The notes beneath the pieces were generated by a model. The model was not told the DNA's origin. It did not search any database and worked only from the letters and a program-made list of their open reading frames with translations. A stretch of 41,371 nucleotides of DNA, taken from IMG/VR virus record IMGVR_UViG_3300045988_035840; one strand, 5' to 3'. Below are positions 14,823-24,745 of the stretch, piece after piece. The stretch is from a virus. Each line of letters starts with the position of its first letter. The stretch's first letter is position 1. A program made the translations under genes and the position numbers.

Positions 14823-17800
14823 TTAGAGCCTGCCGATATTCTCTATCGTCTGCACTCTCCGCTGGGTGCGGTTTATTTCCTCAACGCTCACTACTGGCTG
14901 TGGAGCCATCTGATACCCTCTAGCTACAGCTGCCGCAAGCATATCCATGCCGATGTTGCTGCCTCCGTTGTTCGCTACGATAGGAACACCACCGCCTAGC
15001 TGGTTGAATGCGGATAATATAGGGCTGAACATCGATGTCGCCTTGGCGGTCATTACGCTCTCGCCATTGGAAAGTCTTGCCGGGATGCTGTCGCTGGTTC
15101 CAGTGCCCGAGCCTTGGACGTAGCCGCCAGTGGAGAAGCCCTTGACGAGTGCTTTTGCTCCTGCAAAGGCTGCCTTGATAAGTACCATTAATGCTGCTGC
15201 ACTCGCAACACCTCCCCACGACTTGCTTGCAATCTCCTTGGCGAGGATCTGTGCATAGTAAGCGTTAACTGCTATCTCGATTGCGTCAAGTATTGATGTC
15301 AGCATCGATTTGAGGAATGAGTGCAGCGATTTATCCTCGCTCTCGAAGAACTCGGACAGACCGTCTCCAATGGTCTGTATCATGTCGCTCATCATTTTCA
15401 GTTGCTCTTCCGTCAAAGCTGCCTTTTTCTTGTTGGCTTCCTCTTGCTCCTTGACTTCTGCATCGCTCAAATCCTTCTGTAGCTGGTCCTGAACGGCTGA
15501 ATAGTCCTTGTATGCGTCCAGCTTGCTCTGAAGGAAAGCCTTGTATCTCTCCAGCTTGGCTGTATCGTCTTCCTCTCCAGTGCCACCGTTCATGATGTCC
15601 GCATCCTTGCGTGCCTTCTCTGCGTCCTCGAACTCCTTGTTGAGTTCGTCCACAATCTCCTTCGCTTGGTTCTTGATGTCCGCTTTCGCCTTTATCATGA
15701 TGTCGAGTAGCTTAGCCTGCATTTCTTGCGCCTTTTCCGCTCCTATCTCACCAGCCGCCACGTATGCGTCAATGCTCCTCGCTACCATGTTCTTCTCAAG
15801 CTGTTCGAGGTCGTTGTTGTAGTCTCGCTCGTTGTCGTACATGCCTGCAAGGTATCGCTTCTTTGCGTCCATTACTTGCTCGTTGTACTTGTACTGTATA
15901 AGCGCAATCGCTTCCTGCAATTCCTTTTCCTGCTTCTTCCTGCGCTCGGCTTCCTCCTTTGCCGCCTTGTCGGCTGCTGCCTTCTCCTTCTTGGTCTTAG
16001 GGGTAGTGCTGGCGATATTAGTGCCGTCCTTGAGCTTTGTATTGTCGGTTGTGGCGGTCGCCATGGATGGCGCATCTGCGCTGACTGGTATCTTGATGTT
16101 AGCATGGTTAAAAGTATTCTTCATGCCACCCACGATAGCATCAGCCATTCCGCTGCCGAATTTCTTCAAGTCTCCCCAAGCCTCCATCACGGTATTGCCA
16201 AGACCCGAAAAGATGGAGTTGAAGCCGTCTCGCATCTGCTTCACGTCAAAGGAGAAAAAGCCCTCAAACATCTGCAACAGTCCCCTCACTGGTCTTGCAA
16301 CAAGCTTAATGGCATCTATGATGATGTTGAAGGCAAGCAAGGCAACCTGTCCGACAGACTTAAACGCAAAGCCTATCAACTGAATCAATCCCCTAAATGC
16401 CACGCTTTGGTTATAGAGGTTGATGATAGCCCTCAATAGTTTCGTTAGATGGTTGCTTACGAATGTTGCCGCCTGAGCCTTCATCATTTCAAAGCCGCCA
16501 CCAGTAACGTCAAAGAGTGCACTTGCGGTATCCTTCAAACGCTTGTTGGCTTCCACCTGCTTTTCCTGAGCCTTGGCAACATCACTGGATTGTTCCTTGA
16601 CCTTATCCATGTTCATCTCAATGTCTCCGAGGGTTTCGATGTACTTTAGTCCTGCATCCTCGCCAGGACCTCCAAATATATCTGCGATGGCTGTTCCTAC
16701 CTTGGCTGATGAAGCAGGGAACTCCTTTAGCTTGTTACCGACCTCCTGCATGATGTCGAATGTGGTCTTACTACCGTTTTGCAGTTCTTTCTGAACTTTC
16801 TTGCTTGATATACCTATGCCATCCAATGCGGCTGCTGTTGCGGTAGTCATCTCTCGAAGTCTAAGATTACCCTCCTTGATGGTGTCAAGACCCTTATCAG
16901 AGAATATTCCCTGCTTGGTGGCGTTAGTTGAAATTGCCACGAATTGCTCCGCATTCAATCCAGCCTCCTTCAGGTACGTTGGGTATTCCTTCACGTTCTC
17001 TAGGAACCCATCACTAGCATTCGCACCAGCCACAAAGCCATCTTGCAAGAGCTTTAGCGATTCTGATACACTGATGCCAAACTGCTTGCTCATTACATTT
17101 GCGGATTGCAAGGTTTCGCCAAAATCCACGCCAAACGTCTCGCTGATTGCCAAGGCTTGATTTCTCACTGATTTCATTTCGTCACCGAAAAGCCCAGTGA
17201 ACTGCATGGTCTTGCGTGTGGCTTCCTCTATGCCCTTGTTGTAGTCATAGAACCATTTGAATGCCATTCCTGCGCCTGCCACACCTGCCATAGCGAGGAA
17301 ATAAGGGTTGGTCAATAAGGAAAGAGCCGTATTTTTCAACGCACCAAACTTTACCTTTAGGTCTTCCACGGACTTTCCCATTTCCATAACCTTTCCGATT
17401 CCAGTATCATCAACAACATCAAAACCGAAAAACTCGGTGTTCTGCAGGTCGTCAGCCGCCTTCATCATGGAATCGTAATAGCTGCCGACACTGCGCTGGA
17501 ATCTTCCAGTAGCCTCCTCAGCCTCTTTCAGCTCCTCTATCAAGTCTTGGATATGCTCCTGCATCTCCTGACCCTTGGAACTATCACGCTCGGCACGGCT
17601 CATCTCATCGTAAGCCTTGGTGGCATTGGAAAGCTGGGCACGCAGCTGTTTCAAGCTGCCCTCCTGCTCGTTCTCTGTGCGCACGTTGTTCTGGATCTCC
17701 TTCTGCAGGGCACGCACGTTGTACTGATACTCCTTGATGGTTGCGTTGATGGCTTCCGTCTGAACCTTCATTTCGTTGGTCGTGATGGTCTTGTCTTTTT

Positions 17801-17930
17801 CCTGCTGCTGCAAGTCCTTGATGCTTGCCTTTAGCTGGTCTATCTTTTCCTTGTATCTGATGATGCCATAGATTGCATCCTCGTACTTGACCTTGATGTC
17901 AAGAATCTGCTGTTTGTCTTCACTTACCAT
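14823..17930 (-). CDS. Tape-measure-like protein (1035 aa)
   Basis: Long coiled-coil regions, central hydrophobic stretches, and the C-terminal motif FSTGGYVQGSGTGTSDSIPARLSNGESVMT that is typical of tape measure proteins. Confidence 0.7.
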   Translation of the reverse strand: MVSEDKQQILDIKVKYEDAIYGIIRYKEKIDQLKASIKDLQQQEKDKTITTNEMKVQTEAINATIKEYQYNVRALQKEIQNNVRTENEQEGSLKQLRAQLSNATKAYDEMSRAERDSSKGQEMQEHIQDLIEELKEAEEATGRFQRSVGSYYDSMMKAADDLQNTEFFGFDVVDDTGIGKVMEMGKSVEDLKVKFGALKNTALSLLTNPYFLAMAGVAGAGMAFKWFYDYNKGIEEATRKTMQFTGLFGDEMKSVRNQALAISETFGVDFGETLQSANVMSKQFGISVSESLKLLQDGFVAGANASDGFLENVKEYPTYLKEAGLNAEQFVAISTNATKQGIFSDKGLDTIKEGNLRLREMTTATAAALDGIGISSKKVQKELQNGSKTTFDIMQEVGNKLKEFPASSAKVGTAIADIFGGPGEDAGLKYIETLGDIEMNMDKVKEQSSDVAKAQEKQVEANKRLKDTASALFDVTGGGFEMMKAQAATFVSNHLTKLLRAIINLYNQSVAFRGLIQLIGFAFKSVGQVALLAFNIIIDAIKLVARPVRGLLQMFEGFFSFDVKQMRDGFNSIFSGLGNTVMEAWGDLKKFGSGMADAIVGGMKNTFNHANIKIPVSADAPSMATATTDNTKLKDGTNIASTTPKTKKEKAAADKAAKEEAERRKKQEKELQEAIALIQYKYNEQVMDAKKRYLAGMYDNERDYNNDLEQLEKNMVARSIDAYVAAGEIGAEKAQEMQAKLLDIMIKAKADIKNQAKEIVDELNKEFEDAEKARKDADIMNGGTGEEDDTAKLERYKAFLQSKLDAYKDYSAVQDQLQKDLSDAEVKEQEEANKKKAALTEEQLKMMSDMIQTIGDGLSEFFESEDKSLHSFLKSMLTSILDAIEIAVNAYYAQILAKEIASKSWGGVASAAALMVLIKAAFAGAKALVKGFSTGGYVQGSGTGTSDSIPARLSNGESVMTAKATSMFSPILSAFNQLGGGVPIVANNGGSNIGMDMLAAAVARGYQMAPQPVVSVEEINRTQRRVQTIENIGRL

Positions 17931-17942
17931 AGTTCGTTCTTT

Positions 17943-20285
17943 TTAATTGTTCAACTCTATCATTGTAACCTCGCAATATCCGCTGCTTGTTGTCTTGATT
18001 TCAAGAACCGCAAAATACGCTCCGTACTGGGCAAGGTACACTGGCTTCGTCTCGTCAAAATCCAGAATATCCAAGTCCGACAGATTGAGCCGCTCTGTGA
18101 TTACGTGCGCATTGGCGATGCTTGCTGCAAGCTGCTTGTACTTCGTATCGAATATGTTCTGAAGGTCAATACCGAATCGCAGTGCCGCTTGCTCCTTATC
18201 ATCCCTAAGCGTCATTATCCGCTCCTTGCATCCCTTATACTCGCCACCGTTTTTTATGCCGTAGGAATCCAGCGTTCTTATCGGTATGCGGTTATCATCG
18301 CTAGCTGCAAAAGGGAGCGTCCATGTGTCCTGCTCGTAGTCCAAAGTTTGGTTGTTGATTGCGAGGTCTGCATCATAGTCTCCAGTTGTCTCTTCGTCTT
18401 CCTTCCACTTGTAGCGGTTATGCTGCATGAAGTCAGAAACGGAATACTCGCTTTTTCGTGGTGCACCTTGGCGGTCATACGGAATGAGTTTTCCGCTCCA
18501 GTCGTAGGCATTCGCCTTGTTTGCCCAAACTCTGGTAAACATGATAAACTGCACTTGCGTGCTGTTGGTCAGTTGCCTAGGGAACGAGCCAGTTATCAAA
18601 GCCAGAAACTTAATGAAGTTTGTTACCTCGATTTCTGGCAGATTTATGCCGATAGGGAAACTTCCACCAATTGGCACGCTATCTCCAACCTTGACGCTCG
18701 CTGTGATTTTGCCGCTGTAAACGGATGGTGGGTTAGTTTCTCCCGCATCCGGACCGTACATGATAGTCTCAAACGTCAGTACATCGTCCTTCTTTAGCGA
18801 TATTGTGTTCGTTCCTGCCGAAAGTAAATAAAGATAGCCATCAATAGCATATCTGCGTAGTACGACCGGTAACTTCATCTGCCCATCCTCGTATTTCAAA
18901 TCTCCGAACTCGTATTCCTGCGTGGATGCCTCACCTCCGGTAGTGCTTGGCGTTGTCACGGTCATTTTCACGCCCATAGGCACCTGAATCTCCGCTGCGT
19001 CATCAAACTGATGTCTGACGTAGTATTGCACTTGCACATCAAAGGTCAGTTCGCAATCCTTCGTTATCGTTAGTTTCTGTACATCGCTGCCAGTGCTTGG
19101 TGTGACTGATGTCAATGAGTTGTTGACGGAAAAGGAAAGCGCACCCAGTCCATCACGGCTCTTAACGTCTGCGGTCAGATTACCAATAATTGTCTTGTTG
19201 TCTGCCTTGTTATTGATGATAGGCACAACGAGGTTGTTCAACATCTTCTTTGCTTCATCATCCTGCCAAACGAAAGATACGCCCGACTTCCTCGCTATCC
19301 TTGACAATAGCCAGTTTACGGTCACACATGGCTGCAAGAATTTTGGGGACGTTTTATATTCATCCACCGTCACATCATCGCCTACGAAATCCTCCTTATT
19401 ATCGCCATCTATCATTTCGTGCATAGGTGTTAGCCCGGTAACTGATAGCGACAGAGTGCTGTAATATTCGGCAGGTGCATTCACTACGAGGTATGCAGCT
19501 CTAGCCTCTCCTCTGATGGTGTATACTTCCAGCGTCTCATCTTCTCCGCTCACGGATATAACCCGCATGTACTTATCCAGCACCGCATAGCTTCTGTAAT
19601 CGCCCTTTCCTTGCGCTTGCACATTTGCCGTTGATGATGGCAAGAAAGGGATAAGAGCACAGATCATGTTCGATGCGCTCTCTATATTTCCGCTTATATA
19701 CTTTCCGACCTCTGTGCCTGTTCTGATGCGTCCACGGCTAGGCGAGTATTGTGTCGTGGTATATTTATTCCTCTGCACCAAATTAATGCCAAAGTTATCT
19801 TTGCTCTCAATTCGGTATGGATTGTAATAAGCAAAGAATATCCCATTGCTCACGGCTTCCTCCCTGGTGTTTGGAGTGTTGTACTTTTCAAAAAGCACTC
19901 TGTCTGTCACTCCCAGTTCATTCAGTTTCATTCCGCTCTCCAGTAACTTGGAGAACGCTGGCATTATACCCCAATAGATTGAGGTCTCGATATTTTCCTC
20001 GATGCTCAGAACGTTCAAACGTCCGTCCTTGATAATTTGCACACCTCCACGGAAATAACTGCACTTATGGAAAATATAGGGGTATCTGCTGCCGCTCTTC
20101 GGTCTGTCCGCTTGCTGCAATACTGAAAGATTATGCACCGTCCGTGGTAACTGGATGGTGTACGTGTAGTTTGAGGTCATTTTTGTGACGTCACGAAAAA
20201 GGTTGCTCTTGATGTCGAGCACCACATCGGTGTTCTCCGGCAAGTCCATCAAAACACCGTCAATGTAAAGTTGCTGGTCTATCAT
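17943..20285 (-). CDS. Large virion (tail/baseplate-like) protein (780 aa)
   Basis: Long ORF overlapping its upstream neighbour by 4 nt. No catalytic motif recognised. Confidence 0.6.
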   Translation of the reverse strand: MIDQQLYIDGVLMDLPENTDVVLDIKSNLFRDVTKMTSNYTYTIQLPRTVHNLSVLQQADRPKSGSRYPYIFHKCSYFRGGVQIIKDGRLNVLSIEENIETSIYWGIMPAFSKLLESGMKLNELGVTDRVLFEKYNTPNTREEAVSNGIFFAYYNPYRIESKDNFGINLVQRNKYTTTQYSPSRGRIRTGTEVGKYISGNIESASNMICALIPFLPSSTANVQAQGKGDYRSYAVLDKYMRVISVSGEDETLEVYTIRGEARAAYLVVNAPAEYYSTLSLSVTGLTPMHEMIDGDNKEDFVGDDVTVDEYKTSPKFLQPCVTVNWLLSRIARKSGVSFVWQDDEAKKMLNNLVVPIINNKADNKTIIGNLTADVKSRDGLGALSFSVNNSLTSVTPSTGSDVQKLTITKDCELTFDVQVQYYVRHQFDDAAEIQVPMGVKMTVTTPSTTGGEASTQEYEFGDLKYEDGQMKLPVVLRRYAIDGYLYLLSAGTNTISLKKDDVLTFETIMYGPDAGETNPPSVYSGKITASVKVGDSVPIGGSFPIGINLPEIEVTNFIKFLALITGSFPRQLTNSTQVQFIMFTRVWANKANAYDWSGKLIPYDRQGAPRKSEYSVSDFMQHNRYKWKEDEETTGDYDADLAINNQTLDYEQDTWTLPFAASDDNRIPIRTLDSYGIKNGGEYKGCKERIMTLRDDKEQAALRFGIDLQNIFDTKYKQLAASIANAHVITERLNLSDLDILDFDETKPVYLAQYGAYFAVLEIKTTSSGYCEVTMIELNN

Positions 20286-21379
20286 AGTCTCTGAACGTTA
20301 ATGTTGTTAATAATCATTTCGCACACGAAATCCTGCAAGCAAGCTGTGCTCTTCGTGTAGCTTCCTGCCTTGATTGTTACGCTCATCCACTGGTCTTCCT
20401 CTTGCGTCCAGTCTCCCCCTAGGTACATGTCAACGACTGGGCTGCTGGCTAGGTCTTGTAACATATCGAACGTATCACTGTCAACCAACGGAGCACAAAG
20501 TTTGATTGAGTCCGTACGATCATATCCCTGCCTTCTTCCATTATCGCCATAGTAGCCGTATAGATAATCGGCTAAATTGTTGCGTATGAAACTCAGGTCG
20601 CTGGCTATCTCCCTCGTTTCCTCCCCAGCCGCAAAGAGCCAATAGCGGATGAATCCGTAACGGTCAATCCAACGCAGATAGATACCACTCTCAGCATCGT
20701 CTCTGTCGATGCGTAACAATAGTGACTGCTTACCTCCGGTGGTTAATCTGAAAGTAAGGTCGAAAGTATTGTCAAATGTTCCCTGCTGAATCTCTCCATC
20801 ATAATCGTATATGTTCCAGTATTTTGCGCCACTAGGCAATATGCCTGCGTAGAAATCCACTATACCGTTAACCGGAATCTTCAGTAGCTCATTGGGTGCT
20901 CCCTCGTAACCGATTAGTAGGTTTGCGTTCAACTTGCTTAAGTATATGCCAAAGGTGAACGGATAATGAGTAAACCATGTAAGCCGTTTGTAGCCGTTCC
21001 ACGTCTCACCATACTTTGGTGCGCCCCAAACCATGTTCGTAGTGAAATCGATGCTCGCAAGCTGTCCGTCTCTGTCATCGTATGCGTTGACCTCGATGCC
21101 CACGAGAATGTTTAGAACGCTGGTGTCATAGCCTATTGTCCAATCATAGGCTGCATTGATACGTCCGTCAAAAAGAGCTTGCACGTATGTCTTGAAGTCT
21201 GTTATGCACTCACCGTTGAACGCCTCGACATCGTAGGCTCGTTCCTTGTTGCCACATCTGATTATTACCTCAATCCACGAAAGGTTACTTCCACTTGCTT
21301 TGATAATGCAAGGCAAAAATGCAAAGTATACTTCATCGGGGTAGAAAAAAGAATATCCGTTGTTCACTGTCTGTCTCAT
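20282..21379 (-). CDS. Virion (tail-associated) protein (365 aa)
   Basis: ORF with 4-nt overlaps to both neighbours, aromatic- and beta-rich. Confidence 0.6.
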   Translation of the reverse strand: MRQTVNNGYSFFYPDEVYFAFLPCIIKASGSNLSWIEVIIRCGNKERAYDVEAFNGECITDFKTYVQALFDGRINAAYDWTIGYDTSVLNILVGIEVNAYDDRDGQLASIDFTTNMVWGAPKYGETWNGYKRLTWFTHYPFTFGIYLSKLNANLLIGYEGAPNELLKIPVNGIVDFYAGILPSGAKYWNIYDYDGEIQQGTFDNTFDLTFRLTTGGKQSLLLRIDRDDAESGIYLRWIDRYGFIRYWLFAAGEETREIASDLSFIRNNLADYLYGYYGDNGRRQGYDRTDSIKLCAPLVDSDTFDMLQDLASSPVVDMYLGGDWTQEEDQWMSVTIKAGSYTKSTACLQDFVCEMIINNINVQRL

Positions 21380-21909
21380 ACCGTCTCATTGTTAAGTTTG
21401 ATACTTCCCACCGACTGGTGGATTAAGAAAATAAGTCGCTGCCCCAGCCGCTTCATCGTGTCGGGCACAACATTGCTGTATACGTCAGCCCTGCCGCCCG
21501 TCCGGTGCAGTTTAGAACCCTTATTTGCGATGGCGTGGGCGATGGCTCCTGCCATGCTCATGTCGCCACGCTCTTGTGGTGTATACTTGTGCTGTCGCTT
21601 GGTTTTGTAGGGGATAAGTCTGCCGTGCAGTCCCTTGTCCTTCATCCACTGCCGGATGATGCCAGCAAAGCCGTAGGGTATCTTGCCAGCCCTTCGTCCG
21701 GTCTCGAGAACCCCGAATGGCTTGTGTCCCCAGAGGATGGTTTCGTCCTCGCTGGGCTGCTCCACCTTTAGGCTGGCGATTGTGCGCCCCGATACGTTCT
21801 GTCCGTTGATACGTATGTGGTTGATGATAAGCTGCCGTGCTCTCTCCACTTCCTCCCTCATTATCATCGATGCCGCCTTAGGGTCGAATTGAATACCTCC
21901 CTTGCTCAT
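21376..21909 (-). CDS. Virion morphogenesis protein (177 aa)
   Basis: Translationally coupled ORF in the structural block. Confidence 0.55.
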   Translation of the reverse strand: MSKGGIQFDPKAASMIMREEVERARQLIINHIRINGQNVSGRTIASLKVEQPSEDETILWGHKPFGVLETGRRAGKIPYGFAGIIRQWMKDKGLHGRLIPYKTKRQHKYTPQERGDMSMAGAIAHAIANKGSKLHRTGGRADVYSNVVPDTMKRLGQRLIFLIHQSVGSIKLNNETV

Positions 21910-22337
21910 ACCTCACACCCTCCTATGCTCTGTGTCAGCTGAAGGGAGTACATTACGCCCGACACGATCGTGCTCAGCCGCTCGATGATGGTCTCGTAGT
22001 ACTGCTGCCCTTCCAATGGTTCGAACTGGTGCGACTGGTTGATGGCTCGTATCATCCTTGCCCCTGCCACCTTCATTCGGTCGATGCACTCTCCATTGTC
22101 TTCTCCTTCCGCTGCCCTCGGTACGGTGTCGAGATAAGCCAGGGCAACGTTCACGGTGTCGTATACTCTGCCGTTGCGTATCTCTGTCGTGCCGCTGGCT
22201 GGGATAATGCAGACGATTGCCGGATAGTTCAGTTTCTCTAGCTTGGTGTCTGCTGTGTCCCAGTCCTCGAAAAGGTAGGTGTAGTCTGGTAGCGTGTCTG
22301 CTGCCAACTGCTTTAATGTTTCTCGAATTGTTGCCAT
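21906..22337 (-). CDS. Head-tail joining / tail-completion-like protein (143 aa)
   Basis: Size, position and 4-nt coupling only. Confidence 0.45.
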   Translation of the reverse strand: MATIRETLKQLAADTLPDYTYLFEDWDTADTKLEKLNYPAIVCIIPASGTTEIRNGRVYDTVNVALAYLDTVPRAAEGEDNGECIDRMKVAGARMIRAINQSHQFEPLEGQQYYETIIERLSTIVSGVMYSLQLTQSIGGCEV

Positions 22338-22339
22338 AA

Positions 22340-22888
22340 TTATCTAGATTTACGTTTCATTTCCTCTGCCTGCAACTTCTGCAGGTTCCGCTCGTACACG
22401 CTTCTCTTGTTGTCCATTTCCATGCACTTGTAGATGCGAAGCCATGGTGTTTTTAATACTTGGTCGTGGTCGCTGATGCCCATCCTTACCGCATACCAGT
22501 CCAGCATGCCGAACAGTCCGAACCGCAGGGTATCGATGCCTGCCTCCTTCTCCAGTCGTGTTGGCTTCGCTGTGTCTGTACTCTCGAAGAGTTTATTGAT
22601 GCGCTCCACCTCTGATGTTACCCAACCGATGAGCATAACAACATCAACCGCCCTAGCCTGCTCCACTTCCTTGTGGCTCAGACCGAGGACGGTTGTCACT
22701 ATCTGATACAGACTTTCCTCGCTGTCTGATAGCTGGGAAAGGTCTATTAGCTGCCCGATGGATAGCTGATTGAGATTGTCGGGCACTCGTTTCCCTCCGA
22801 CAAACGCTGGTCGTGGCTGCTTGCCGATTTTGTAGCTGGTGTGCCTAGCAACTGCCAGCCAGTACTTGAATGTAGTGTTATTATCCAT
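22340..22888 (-). CDS. Hypothetical protein downstream of the terminase (182 aa)
   Basis: ATG ORF 19 nt after the TerL stop. Confidence 0.6.
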   Translation of the reverse strand: MDNNTTFKYWLAVARHTSYKIGKQPRPAFVGGKRVPDNLNQLSIGQLIDLSQLSDSEESLYQIVTTVLGLSHKEVEQARAVDVVMLIGWVTSEVERINKLFESTDTAKPTRLEKEAGIDTLRFGLFGMLDWYAVRMGISDHDQVLKTPWLRIYKCMEMDNKRSVYERNLQKLQAEEMKRKSR

Positions 22889-22907
22889 ACGCTTTATAAT
22901 TTTGTCG

Positions 22908-24098
22908 TTATCTTTGTCTCAATACGTGCGCCCTAGCCGTTCCATGGCTTGCTACGGATAACTTTTTTAAGGCTACGTATCGTATTGCGTCTATGCCGTG
23001 GTTAAATGCGTCTATAGGCTGGTTCGTTGTCTCTCCATCCCTTGACTTCTTCCACTTGTATTGCTGCATGTTCCCGATGATGCCGTGGCTGCGTCTTGTT
23101 ATGTTGATGCGGAAACGCTTGAGAATGTCGATGCCGTTGTTGATGCTGTCCGCTCCCTTGGTGCTGCCGATTATCCACAGCCCTCGGTTGTGTATCTCCT
23201 GAATGCTCTTAGGCTCTGCCGAATCCGCAATGATAAGGTCTCGTTTCGTCCGTCCTTGTTCCTTGCATCGGTCTGCGATGTCATCGTTCGTCATTCCCGG
23301 CTGGTAGATTTCTTCGTCCACCCATAACTCTCCGTGTGCCAAAATAACGTGCTCCAGCGCAGTTGGGTCGTTAGTGAATCCGAAGTCCATACCCCTGCAT
23401 TCCATCTTCCACTCATCCCTTGGTGGCAGCTTGTCAACGATGCCCCAGTTAGTGAAGATAAGCCCGGTTATCTTTCCGGTTAATCCTCTTGCATAAACTC
23501 GCCACAGTTCGGGGTCGTCAATCTCTTCAATTTTCTTGTGTTCCTGCTCAGTCAGGAATCGGTTGTTTCGGTGGTCGCTCAGGATTAATCTGCAATCATC
23601 CCTTCCGATGATGTTGTTGTGTACCCAAAACCTTGCGCTTGGATTGTAGTCGATGAACACCTGCTTTCGGGTTCGGATTGCTAGCTGCCAAAACACTTCG
23701 TAGGTCACACCGTTCGCCTCGTTAACAAACAGATAGTCTCGCTTACCGTTCTTGGCATCCTGCGCATCTTGATAACTCTTGAACTCGATGATTGAGCCGT
23801 TCTTACCTCTGTAGCTGCTGTCGCTCTTGTTGTTCTTGAACCAGTCCAGCAGCTCTGCCCTTGTGTGCAGGATGGTGTCGAGGTCTCGCATGGCTCCCAC
23901 CTTTAGATTTGGGAGGTCTTGACCGCACACCGTGATAATTGCCCTTGGGTGTTCAAAAGAAAGCACTATAAGACGCTGCATGATGGTGTATGTCTTCCCC
24001 GAGGACGTGCCGCCCTGGTTCACAAGGAATCTCGGCTTCACGTCCGCATTCGGGTCATACAGTTCACCAATAACGTCAAATAGTGCCATTTCAAACAA
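22908..24098 (-). CDS. terL: Terminase large subunit (PBSX/Terminase_3-like, 396 aa)
   Basis: Walker A motif GGTSSGKT near the N-terminus, acidic nuclease-half motifs (IIADSAEP, DAFNHGIDAIRY), and the size typical of short PBSX-type TerL. Confidence 0.85.
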   Translation of the reverse strand: MFEMALFDVIGELYDPNADVKPRFLVNQGGTSSGKTYTIMQRLIVLSFEHPRAIITVCGQDLPNLKVGAMRDLDTILHTRAELLDWFKNNKSDSSYRGKNGSIIEFKSYQDAQDAKNGKRDYLFVNEANGVTYEVFWQLAIRTRKQVFIDYNPSARFWVHNNIIGRDDCRLILSDHRNNRFLTEQEHKKIEEIDDPELWRVYARGLTGKITGLIFTNWGIVDKLPPRDEWKMECRGMDFGFTNDPTALEHVILAHGELWVDEEIYQPGMTNDDIADRCKEQGRTKRDLIIADSAEPKSIQEIHNRGLWIIGSTKGADSINNGIDILKRFRINITRRSHGIIGNMQQYKWKKSRDGETTNQPIDAFNHGIDAIRYVALKKLSVASHGTARAHVLRQR

Positions 24099-24127
24099 TA
24101 AAACTTAAAACAAAAATTATGGTAAAA

Positions 24128-24733
24128 TTATTCTTTATCCAATCCTTCACGCTCGATTACTTCCTGCTCGCTGGATGCGCACTGGTGTCCCGAGTTGATG
24201 TATCGTACCTCGATGCCGCCTTGGAAGCCTGCGTTCAGGTCGAGCACGACCTTATCAAGTCCGAGCAGCTTGCAAATCTGCGTCTCAGCCTTTAGGATGA
24301 TGTCAAGATACCTTGGGTCTCCTAGTCCTCGCTTCTCAGCATCGAACATTATCGCCTTGACGGTATCCATCGTTACCAACCCAGTGTCTGGATCCTTGTT
24401 AGGCAGTCCGACTTGTGTCTGTGTCTTGCTGTTATAGTCCGCTTTGGATTTCTCCCATGCGTCCCAGGCTTCACGTATCACCAGTTTCAACCTTGCCACC
24501 TCGCTTGTTATCTTTTCGTCCGTGTCGGTCAGTCTCTCTTCCCTCCACTCCTTCAATAACCGCTGAATGTCGCAGTGCGCTTGATTGTATTTCGGTCTGT
24601 CGAGCCGCTTGCGAACCTCTGCCGTGATTTCTCGCTCCGTCCATCCCTTGCGGTATAGGGGTGCGATAATCTGCAGGCGGTTCTCGATGTCGATTTTCTG
24701 CGCTCGATGTTTGTTGTTATTACCTTGTGGCAT
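24128..24733 (-). CDS. terS: Terminase small subunit candidate (201 aa)
   Basis: Lies immediately upstream of terL. It has an HTH-like N-terminus (YRKGWTEREITAEV) and a helical oligomerisation-like middle. Confidence 0.5.
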   Translation of the reverse strand: MPQGNNNKHRAQKIDIENRLQIIAPLYRKGWTEREITAEVRKRLDRPKYNQAHCDIQRLLKEWREERLTDTDEKITSEVARLKLVIREAWDAWEKSKADYNSKTQTQVGLPNKDPDTGLVTMDTVKAIMFDAEKRGLGDPRYLDIILKAETQICKLLGLDKVVLDLNAGFQGGIEVRYINSGHQCASSEQEVIEREGLDKE

Positions 24734-24745
24734 ACGATTCTTGAT

